64,000 nt of DNA from Podarcis cretensis (lineage: Eukaryota). Location: contig OX638150.1 of NCBI GenBank assembly GCA_951804945.1, positions 69,874,001 through 69,938,000 on the forward strand, written 5' to 3'. The position numbers and the translations under genes are program-made. The notes beneath the pieces were generated by a model that saw only the letters and a list, made by a program, of their open reading frames with translations, had not been told where the DNA came from and searched no databases. Within the stretch, counting starts at the first letter, position 1; each line of letters begins with the position of its first letter. This document shows positions 1-53,666 of this stretch, in pieces.

Positions 1-3000
1 TAAAGGCAGCCTGTTGGATGTATTTGTTTTACTGAAGCATTAAAGATGTCTTCATGTAGTTGTTACTACAGAGAAATGTGATAGGTATATAGCCAATTGG
101 TAATATGACTGGGGTGTAATCATTATGGGACAGTTTCAGATAAACACTTAGGGATGAAAAAATAAAAGCTTTGTTTTTGTTTGGAGGAAAGAAGCTATGA
201 AAGTCCAGATGTCTATTGGGAAGCATTGCTACAGAGAAGTTGGAGACAAGTCACTGCACAAACATTTTTCAAACTAGGGCCTCTGAAAAACTCTTGTTCT
301 ATCAAATTGGTTATCATATTCAGAACAAAAAGAAGCAGACTATGTCCACACATGCCTGCATATTTGGGTCACTGTTTCTGTGTGCAGGTTTGTGTGCCTT
401 TGTTCACACAGGAGTACTTTCAAAATCTATATTGGTGCTTCCTGGGATGTATTTTTGAAATACAAGTTTCCTAATATTCCAGGTTTGCACAAAACTGTAA
501 AAATATTTTTTAAAGACCTCTGTTGCTCCAAACCCAGCAAGGAGTCACTCACATGAAAGGCTGCTGCTTCCTTTCCTCTCCTATTCCTTCACCGCCTCCT
601 CTACCTGCAAGGGCAAATTTTATTTTTAATACAGCTGTTAATACAGCTGTTTTGTGCAAGATCTCTTCTGTGCAAAACAGCTGTTTTAAAATTTCGAAAA
701 CAATGATACTGGGAGCATGCATCCTTCCCTATCAGCTGATGGAAGCAAAATGGACGTGGGGGGATGGTGGCAATAGATGGCACCAGAGAAACATGTCAAA
801 GGCCCACCCACCCAATGTGCTCCAGGTGCATTCACAATCAGGAAACAAACAATTTTATATTGAAATTACTCTCCCATTTTGGATTTCATCTTGATCATAA
901 AAATCCAAGTTTAGTGTTGAAGAACCACAGGCTGTCAGTTGAATGGGGAGAACATCATGTGGACAACACCCCAAAACCAAGGCACATGTAGTTTCAAATC
1001 CACATTAAATTCCCATGCGGATGAGCCCCTAGAGTTGCTCTTTCAGGAGATGGTGGATGGATGGGCTAGCAGGAAGCACTGAAGAGAGAAGCTGGTGATG
1101 ATCACATAGCCTGAAAGAATTTGAAGGCACTGGCAAAAAGCAGATATTGAAATAAAATCAATTGGGCATTAGGAGGCATGTGTAGATCCAAAAATGTCTT
1201 TTGAAATACCTTTCGTACAAAATAGCTAATTTCTGCTCATTTTGTACGAAATAGTACATTTCAAAATAGCCAGCTGCTTCCCAAAATGGAAGGGACAGGA
1301 CTCTAATACTTCAGTCTGCATTTGGCCAATGTCCATAAAATTAATGAAGGCTGAAAGATACGCTAGTAAGGCAAGTTGTATTAATGTTGCCAGAAGTGAA
1401 GGGACAGTGCCCTCGGCTGTATACCAAAAGGCTAGCACACCCATGAAAACATGGCCCTCCCAGTCCGTTCATAATTCCAAGAGTACAATATACAGCAGTT
1501 CTTTCTGGGCAGACTCTTGCTTTTCTTTCAGCTTGTTAATATATATTGCATTATTATTATTACACTGGAAAAATTACTTTAGCTTTTACTCTCTTTTTTT
1601 GAGCTGCTGTTCAGGATGGTGATTGCTACTTCATTATAGGCAACTATTTTCTCATTAGTGAGCACTTTTCTGCTTTCACTCAATATATCTTGTAAGACCC
1701 AATAGACAACATTGCTCTTTTGCTGTTTCATGATACTTCTAAATTGTACCTCTGTTACCTGAAGCACTGCTTTGGGAGAATGATTTTATTTTGTAAAGAT
1801 CAGTGTGACATGGAGCTGTTGTTCTTCCTAGTAAACATCTGCCGCTAGTTTGAGTTCACTTGGGGCTGCTTCACATGTTGTAGGCATGATTTACAATTCT
1901 CCTTTATTGCTCTGATGCATGCAGTTCCTTCCAGTGTCAGCTCTGGCAGCCAAACCCTTAGTAAATTTCAGGTGTCGAGATATCACATAGCCCAGGGTTC
2001 AGTTACGTAGCAAGTGCTATGCAACAGAGTTATCAGTGGCACCTATGTTTTTTAACTGTACATGTTTTAAATACAATTGGGTAGATACTTGCTACCCAAA
2101 CGGCACTTCCACTCCACACCACTAGGGCTACCAGTACTGTACACTTTCAAAACTCCATTCCAGCCTTAATCTCAATTCCACACACCCCTCCCTCCTAGGT
2201 GCTTCCTGAAGGGGTTAACGCTACCATGCCGCATGTCAGGACCAGATCATGGCTGCAAGTGACAGACTCCTCTTGCGATTGGCCAGTGCTTTGCCGCTTA
2301 TTCAGAAGTCCCAAGTTTGGACTGCAGTTGTAACCACATTTAGAACACACAGCATACAAATTTCAAATTTTGGGGTTAAGAATAATTATTCCAACTAATC
2401 TGCTAGATAACTAACATTAATTTTTTTTGAAAAATTAGCAAAATGAGTTATTTCTAAATATATAATTTGATCGTTTCCAGATATTCTTTTATTTCCTGTT
2501 AAAATGAAACTTCACACACCTTTTAGATCTATAACGATGCCCCTCATTAATTTTATACTGCAGTAGGTATATGATTCCCCCCCCCCAAAAAAACCCATTC
2601 TACTGTATTATTGGCAATAGGTATTTTCAGATGCATGAAAAGTTAATTTACAAGATACTTATATATTATATAGAGATTTCCCCATTCTATGTTGGAGCAC
2701 CACAACACTCCGGTGTCAGTTGTTGAACATCCCCGCGTAGACGTATTCAGTTAAGGTTACCTGCTAAGGCTCAGACACACCCGGGGCAGTGGGGTACATC
2801 TGCACCTTGTGCCCTCCCTGCAATGCCGCGAGAAGCAGAGACGGGCCTACATAGGTGGCGGCACAGGGCTTGCAGCGAGCAGAAAGGCGAATTGCTCAAG
2901 TTTTCAGCACCGCCGCGCTCGTCGGAGATGCTGTGGAACAACGCCGAGGGCTCCGACGGAGGGGTTCCTGATGATTCCCTTTAAATGGGTCTCGGTGACC

Positions 3001-3285
3001 CCAAATGACCACCTTAGCCTCCCGTCGGAGCTGCAGACTCCGGCTCCGCCCCGCGCCACCCACCCGCTCCCGCCTCCGGAGAGACCGGGCCCGCTTCGGC
3101 CCCTCCGCCAGCTCCGCGCCTCTAGCCGGGAACACGCGCTCTCTGCCAGGGACGGCGCCTCCTCCAGCCGCTGGGGGGCGCGCTGCCCAGGCGCTGCCCG
3201 CTCCGGCGATGGCGGCGGAGGCTTCCCCCCGCGGGCAGGGGCCGGACGGGCCGCGCCGCCATATTGGCTGTTGTCCTGTCTGAAA

Positions 3286-3357
3286 GCAGCAGCAGCGGCG
3301 GCGGCGGCGGCGTTAGCGGCGGCGGCGGGAGCAACAGCGGCGTTAGCGGCGGCGGCG
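3286..3357 (+). repeat. Interrupted GCA/GCG trinucleotide repeat upstream of the FAM193B start codon (likely 5' UTR)
   Basis: (gca)3(gcg)6 tta (gcg)4 ..., with gcggcgttagcggcggcggcg present twice. Confidence 0.85.
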
Positions 3358-3388
3358 AGAGCGCGGCAGCGTGGGGCGCGGGACGGGC

Positions 3389-35276
<31,888 letters not shown>

Positions 35277-35557
35277 GGTGTGCGGTGCACCCCTGGTATA
35301 TGTGCAGGGCCCCACACCTCGCCTTCCCTCCCCCAAACCCATAGACAGACACTTGGCCTCACCAACCCTTGCTCTTCCCCCCTCTCCCCTCCCCCTGGGG
35401 CTCCTATTCCTAGCCTATAGGCAAGGCCTGGACAGCCCTTGCGTCCCTCACCTCGTAAGTGTTCGACGTTCGGGGAGATGCTGACTGAGCCGCCCCAAGC
35501 CCAGGGGCAGTCTTGATCGGCCAAGGCCCAGCGTGGCACAGGGACCAGGCTGCACCC

Positions 35558-35563
35558 AATAAA
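35558..35563 (+). terminator. Candidate proximal FAM193B poly(A) signal AATAAA
   Basis: About 280 nt after the stop, followed by T-rich and GT-rich tracts; further candidates at 36246 (AATAAA) and 37237 (ATTAAA). Confidence 0.45.
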
Positions 35564-38232
35564 GGACTTTTTAATTTTTTATTTTATTTAAAAAACCCAA
35601 CTGTTCTGTTGTTTGTTCTGGCTTTTCTGGTCCCTAGGGGTGGTGGGCAGGGTTCCCTTGGTGGTGGTGGGCGACCGCAGCAACCCAGCTACACTCGGCA
35701 TAGAACCTCTTCCCTCGAGCGCTCAAATTGCACTCACGGCTGGTTCGCATCAGGGCACCCGGCGCACATTGTGTTCTCCAGTCTGAGAACCCTGCCATCT
35801 CCTTGCACAGTTTACAGTGGCAGAGCTTATTGGTGGAAGATGCAGCTCTCTTCAGTCTCCTGGAAACTGCACGGGTCATTCAATCCTTGGCTGTGCTACC
35901 CCACTTCTCAGGGAATGTTCTCTCGTCCGAAATGCCATCCTGCGGCAACATTGTCTTAAGGAGCCTGCTGTCAGCGGAAACGCCGCCATGCCTTCTCAAG
36001 CAGGCAGCCTCTGTCACAGGGACAGCCAGCGTTTTCCTTTGCTTTCATAACAGTTGAGTTCAAGTCCAAGAATGGTAGATGTGCTCTGTGGGAGCCTATG
36101 GCCCTTCAGCTTTCCTGTGCAGATATCACTTCCATGTAGGTGGCTCCATCAACACCGACCATGTATGACGAGCGCACTCCTGTCTGTTTCACCATGATTG
36201 CTCCCAGCAGGACACCCCCAGTTTGGCTGCAGGCTCCTGCAACAAAATAAACATGTTTGTGCTCCTCACACATGGCCACGGATGTGTTATTTCCTACAGG
36301 GAAGTGATATCCACATGGGAAAGTCCTCTTGCGCAAAACAGCCGTTGTTGCAAATAATGCTGCACGTTGGCTCTCGCATCAGGTGGGGAGCATGACTCCA
36401 TTCCTCCTCCACCACCAAAAGCCTGCTCCTTTGGACTGCTCCCGTTTCTGATTACCTCTCAGCAGACTTAAGCCCTGCCCATAAGGCCCTGTTTATTTCC
36501 CCCACTAGAGTGCTGCGCCCCATCAGCCCTGATGATAGTGGGGAGTGACAGCCCCGTCATTTCTAAATATCTGTGACTTCATAGCAAGTTGGTTGTGCTA
36601 GTAGAGGTGCACTCTTATGATCCCACAGTTGCTCAACAAAGCCCTAGGATTGTTCTGGTGCTGGTGCAAGGACCGTAATAATCACAACCCATCTGAAGAA
36701 ATTGTCTGTGGAAAACCATCATTCCATTTCAGGATGAGCAGAGCTATGGCCCTAATCAGTGGCTGGCTGTCCTCGCTAAAAGAGAAACTGCCCCATTGCC
36801 ATTGAGCCCCTTGAGTCTGACTTGCACCTTTCCCCTGACAACCAAGGCAAACATCAGAATGCTGCTTGAATTCTACTGGCCTTAGCTGTGCTCTTGAATT
36901 TTACTCTGTCAGCCATTGATTCTGATCTCCCCAGTAGCCCAGTTGGGATGATTATCTTCCCTCAAGTGATGCTGACCATCCTGCCAGGCCAACCAGTGTT
37001 TGCACTTTGCTTCATGTTGCCTCAGCTAAATCTTGTCTGCACACATCCTTGTTCATTTGTCACATGCACAACAAACCTAACTGCAGCAGCGACTGAGCCC
37101 TGGTGGGTCTCTGATCCCAATTTCTGGTGCTACCCAGGCTCTCCCTACTTTTGAGGGTGGTGCCCAACCGACATCTCAGAGGGATTGGGCCATACCATGC
37201 CGCAGACCACAGGCAGATCAGCTTTTTGGGGGTTTTATTAAATTATTTACTTTTTGATACTGTGAAATCTTTCGTGCTGAAAGATAAACTGACATTTAGA
37301 CACAGAGTGGCTATGTGTGCTGTGTAATTGCTGCCTATGGCTAGCACTGGGGTTTCACCTCTGGCTTGAAACTTATTTGAATCCAGAGTAGCTGCTGGTA
37401 CCAAAAGTCAACATGGGCCACAACCCTTGCAATCCCCCTGGGTACTTGATCCAAATTGCCCACCTCCATAAATTTCCACCCCGTCTTCGTTTTGTCAGGA
37501 ACATGTATCTGCGCTGCTGAAACATGGTGGGCACCTTATAGCCTGTACTCCAACCCTAAATGCACATCAGGATTAAATCCTGTTGGTTTCTAGGCATGGC
37601 ATAGAGGGGCCTCTTTCATTTGTGATTCTTGTTTACTTCAGCCAGCTGTATAACAGGAAATTATTTGTAGCGTTTTTCAGGAAGGCAGGCTTAATGCAAG
37701 TCATTCTGCCCATCAGTCCTACTAAAGAACTGAACAAACTGATTTAACTTGTCTAAGGCCACCTACTAGGTACATTGCTAGCTTGAGCTGGAGGGCAGGT
37801 CTCCCAGTACAATGTTACTAAGACTGTGTTAACACTGTTGAGTGGGAAGTGATGGGTGGAACGAAATAGTCACATTCCTCAGCACACTGACTGCCTTAAA
37901 CCATGCAGGATGACAACAGAAGCCAGAATCCCCTTGGATTACCTTCTCTACCATATGGAAGATATCAGTGATTGGGAGACACTGGCCCTGCAGATAGTGT
38001 TGCTTTCAACTCCCATCATCCCTGATTACTGATCATGTTGACTAAGGCTGATGGGAGTTGTGGCCCAACATAATTTGGAGGGCTACCGGTTTCCAAGCCG
38101 TAAATGATCTCTACTAGCTCCTTCCCTATTATAAGATCTGGTATTGGTAGTTAAGCAAACTGATATTTACCTCAGGTTGCCTAGGCTTGAGTGATAGTAG
38201 TTCACCATGCCATAGCGTTGAACAGGGGAAAT

Positions 38233-38445
38233 TATCAGTAGCTAATGGCTACTAGCCATGGTGACTATGCTCTGCCTCTATGGATGGAGGCAAGAATGCT
38301 TCTGAATACCAGTTGTGAGAAATCACAAGGGAGAAGAGTGCTGTTGTGCTTGGGTCCACCTGGGAGTTTCTCAAGGGTATCTGGTTGGCCACTGTGAGAA
38401 CAGGATGCTAATGGGCCATTTGCCTGATTCAGCTGGCTCTTCTTT
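38233..38445 (+). mobile_element. Old CR1-like 3' UTR fragment
   Basis: aatggctactagcc...ggtatctggttggccactgtgagaacaggatgct...gcctgattcagc pattern recalled from reptile CR1 3' ends. Confidence 0.55.
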
Positions 38446-41400
38446 ACTCTGAGGAAAGTATGTACTGATATATTTTGCATTCTTTTAGTCTAACCCTTTC
38501 ATCTAAATGCTTATCGTGCTTGGATTCCCACACACATACACACACCAGTGATGTGAGGACTGGAGGGAAAAAGTGAGTTAAGGAAACACAGCTGGAGCAA
38601 TGAGAGATAAATTGGCAGAAGAATTAACTTGCTAGTTTAAGCCAAACATGCATCAGTTCAACAGCATTATTTGTCCAACAGCAGCCAGTCAGATGCCTCT
38701 GGGAAGCAACAAGAGGGGCATGAAAACAACAGCTGTACATCGTTTGTCTTCTGAAAGTTTATTGCCCCTGAAGATCAGTAGTCTATTATCTCTTAATTTG
38801 TCTAATCTTTTTTTAGGCTATCTAAACCAAGGTGAAGAGAATCCTATTTTAATTCTACATGATGTGAAACTTCCTTTCATATTTCCTGAATAGTCAGTTT
38901 CACTGTGTGACCTCTGCAACTAGTTTTGTAGGAGAAGGTAGAGAATTATCGCTACTCTTTCAGTGCCACTCACAGTCTTCTAAGCTTCTATTGTCACACC
39001 CCAGTTCTTTTTTCTGAACTAAAAAAATATCCAGTCACCTTGCATTCCCACATTGTTAAGGTGCTCCAACACTTTTTGTATCAGTTGTACAAGGAGCTAT
39101 ATTCAACTAGTGCTAGCAGGAGCTAGTGCAATAGGGCTTTCCTACTTTTGCCCACAAATTGGCTCTGGGGGATCAGGAGAATCCCCAAAACAAGGGAAGG
39201 AGAAAGTGTTCTATCTTGTAAGCGGAAATGCTTGAGCTGACAGAAGAACCATGTTAGCATGACATTGAATTCCACCCATCAAGTGTCACCTGCCATTTTG
39301 TTGTCTATTCAGCGAGTTTGGTGAGCTAGTCACAGTCTCCGAGGGAGTATACCACTCTGAATAACTTACAGTGCAGTCCTATGCACATTTACTAATAGGT
39401 TCTCTTGTACCAAGTGGGGCTCACTCACTAGCAAATCTGTTTAGAATGGCAGCTGCAAATCCTAGATCAAGGTCTCCAAAACTTCCTTGCTGGTCACAAG
39501 CATATTTCTGGACTTGATGGCACAAGCCTGAAACAGGATGGTACAGAAGGAGTTGATATATACCAGGTCAGGCTATCTGTGCTTCTAGTTCAGTATTGTC
39601 GTATTTGGAATGGCAGTGGCTCCCCAGTATCTCAGGCAGAAGTGCTTCATATTACCTGCTACCTCATAACTGTAGGTGCCAGAGTTTAAACACAGGACCT
39701 TCTGTGTGCAAACGATGTTTTCTACTGCTAAGATGTGGTTCTCCCCACACCCCAAACAACCATCTGCTGTGTATTTTTTTTAAAGGCACAATGCCAGAAT
39801 GAGTTAAATAATGGAACTGAGCTGCATTCCCAATCTTTTACATTACTGGCTAATGTAATTTACCATGTGTCATCCACAATTATTTCCCCTCAAAGTACCG
39901 TAATTCAGAAAACCCATGCCAATTTTGCACGCCTTTGATTTTTGCTGACATATCAATACATGCACCTACTTGAATCTATTTTTGTCTCTAGTCAATCTAT
40001 GTAAGATACAACATTGCTGAATAAGGTATTTCATGTACAAATACAGACTGATAAAATCAACCTGAGATTCAGGAGTCACAAGAAAGACAACTCAATATTT
40101 TTTTATTTGTATGCTAACATATCATACAAGCACTTGTTTCAATCTCATAAAATCAGGTGTTGAACACCAGAGATGGGAAACTGATCTATTTGCTGCCCTG
40201 TTTAAATCTACAGCGATAATTTATTCAGTCCTCAGTTACACAGAATTGGACCATTTCTTTATTTTACTTCTTATCCTTTTGAACGTATTTTCTGATATTT
40301 TAATGTTGTAGATTAGAAACTCCATTCCATTTTGCACTGTTACTGCACTACTAATGGTTCCATCTGTGCTTGAAAAAATCACCATCAGGAGATATGATAC
40401 CGGCACTGGAATGCCATTTTTTTAAAATTAAAGCATTTTTATGCTGCTGTTAAGCTTAAAAGGGACACCAGAGTAGCTTACAAAAATCAATGGTAAAAAT
40501 ATGTGACATAAACACCACGGAGATAAGGAAGTGGTACTAAGTCAGCGGCGAGAACACCTTCACAGTAACAGCGATAAATACGATGGTACATACTCAATGG
40601 AAAGAGAAGGCACTCTGCACACGCTTAAGAGCAAATGACATTTACAGAAAAGACGCGTTGCCCGGTCCAGCGTCAGGCAATACCAGCACCTGAAAACGGG
40701 CAGCTGCGTCTCAAAAACTACAATCTAGTAATCCCCAACAACGGCTCCCCTAAAACGCTGTCGCGGTCTTGGTGTACTAACAGCACTGCGAACCTGTAGG
40801 GTAAAAGTCCAAGTCGTTTTAGCAGGAATTTCACCGATAATCACACAGAATAATCCATTTATTTGAGGGGCGATTGTATGGGGGGGGGGCGGGGGGAGAT
40901 CCCCGTAACCCGAAATGAATGCGATGAGAATTAAACGATCTCGTAAGGCGACTCCCACCCAAGTCAACCCCTCCTTGACCCCCTTCCCAGCTGCTTCGAC
41001 TCTGGTCCCTCCCTCTCGCTCGCCCCCGGCCAATTCTAGGAAAGGCGGGCGACACTTCGCTCAGCATCCGTAGGAAACGGAAACGAAATGAGGAGAAGCA
41101 TCAGCATCAGCGGCGCCTTCCTCCTCCTCCTCCTCCCGTTATGTACGGAGCATGTAAAGCTCGTGAGCATCCCTAGCGATGCTCTGCACGCTTCCTCCGA
41201 AGGAAGCCTCCCCGCTGCCCCGGTCGGAGCTTGTCCGCTGCTGGCGCGGTGGCTTTGGGAACGCAGAAAAACTGCCCCGCTCATTTCTCCCACCAAACAA
41301 AGCAAGGAAGCCCGAGTCAGTTTTGTTTCATTAGGGACACCGTCGTCGCACCGGCCTGCGAGGCGCGGGCGTCTAGAGCGCTTTCCCCTGCCTAGTTTGT

Positions 41401-41566
41401 CCCTCGGCGCCTCCCGTCTTGCGCATGTCCTTTCCAAGGCCGTGCGGGGGCGCGGTTGCTTAGCGACGCAGGCCTTTGCGCGCACGTGTCCCTAGCGCCG
41501 GTTCCCATTGGCTCTGTGCGTGTTGTCGTGCGGGAAGAGTCGGCGAGAGGGGACTGAGCTGAGAAC

Positions 41567-52113
<10,547 letters not shown>

Positions 52114-52679
52114 AGATGCTGCCATTGGGCCCAGCAAAGAAATGGACTTTGCTGCTGCTTTGGAAGAGCAGCTCTGCTCAAATCCCGCTCTAGCATACTG
52201 TTGCCAGCTGGTGGGAAAAGGGCATCACAGTGGACTTTGTGCATTTGAGAAGCCTAGTGCTTCTTTGTCACTGTGGCAGTTGCTGATCCTGCCATGGGAT
52301 GGAATGGGAGATGCATATAATAGGATGACTCGTGCTTGTTTGGTGCAGGAGTTTGGTTTTGGCACTGCAGGATGGGAATAGATAGGAGGCATGTCATCTC
52401 TGTTTTAAGCAGGCTCGACACTTTTTTTCTTGAAAGCAGCAGGGCAGTGATGCAATAGGCCACTGTGTCAGTAACTACGGTTAGGCTGTGTTGGGCAAGC
52501 GCTGTTGTACTTGGCAAGTCCTGTGCTGCTGCATTCCCCAGCTCCGGTAGTGGTTCCTGAAACATTCTGCGGCCCCTCTCAGAGAGGGACGTTCAGCCTT
52601 CTCTGTGTGACCCCGCCTGTCTGTCCCCAGCCCCGTCATGTGCCTCTGGCTGGCCCACTCTGCAGTTACCCTGCAGCTG

Positions 52680-52931
52680 CCGGAAGAGAAAGCTGTTAAC
52701 CCACCAACGCTCATCAAGGCAGAAGTCCCCTGGGAGAGCCTGTGTCTCCTGGGACGGCTCTGCCTGTTTCAGCTCCCTATGTGCATGTAGGCCCCAAAGA
52801 GGAAGTTAGCAGGCAGAGGAAGTTGCCAGCGCTATCGTACATACTGACTCATCCCTGTGGCAGCCACAACGGCTTGTGGAGCCTGCAGACTGCCTCGCTC
52901 CTCACTGGGCTGCCCCTTCGGAGCCTGCCCC
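52680..52931 (+). promoter_or_regulatory. Candidate DOK3 promoter (PU.1/ETS and AP-1 motif cluster)
   Basis: CCGGAAG at 52680, AAAGAGGAAGT 52796-52806, GAGGAAGT 52816-52823, TGACTCA 52845-52851, just upstream of the DOK3 ATG. Confidence 0.5.
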
Positions 52932-52988
52932 ATGGAGTGTCCCGTGAAAGATGGGATCCTATATATCCAGCACCCCAAATTTGGGAAG
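52932..52988 (+). CDS. DOK3: DOK3 first coding exon (MECPVKDGILYIQHPKFGK)
   Basis: Matches the DOK N-terminal PH strand; cccATGG; AAG|gtaaat donor; phase 0 fits the next exon. Confidence 0.9.
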
Positions 52989-53612
52989 GTAAATGCGTGT
53001 GTGTGTCTGATTTGGTGGGTGGGGTGTCTGGCCCCAGGGAGCCTTTGCTGTATGGGTGGGTAGGTTCAGTGGGAATTTTGGGTCTCGTCAAATGCAGGGG
53101 AGCATTTTTCCTAGCTTTTCCTTCTTTAGGGCCTGAGATTACACCCTCTGTAGTGCAAGAGCGTGCCTGCAGGAGCTGTCATTGCTTGGCGTCTTTCCCA
53201 CCTTCTGCTTTGTCATGTGACTGTATTGTGAATTTACAGCCAAACTGAATGTAAATAAACTCAATAACAAATTAAAATGCTATATGAAATAAGGGGTGTA
53301 CCTGAAGCATGGTGTGTGGGAGAGAGAGGCAGGGAGAGACACACAGAGAGAGCACATAAAATAAGTAGGATTGGCCTGAAACCGCCACTGAGCGTGAGTG
53401 TGCAGGGGTGGTCCTATGGGGTTCTGCCTTTTAAAAGTGGGGCCCCCAGTGCCTGGTTTTTCTCTTGCTGCAGGAGGTTTCTAGAGAACTGGGCGCATTT
53501 GTACTTTGGCCCATTTATAGTTTGTTGTCAAGGGACTTGCTTGACCAAGGCAGCCATGTTGCTGTGTCCTATCTCTTGGGGTTGGGGATTGACCTGGATC
53601 TATCTATTTCTT

Positions 53613-53666
<54 letters not shown>

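Noticed and set aside
1226-1767. Short protein-looking minus-strand ORFs (72 and 62 aa) upstream of FAM193B
   Set aside because: No recognisable homology or convincing paired splice sites; a tblastx search would be needed to revive them.
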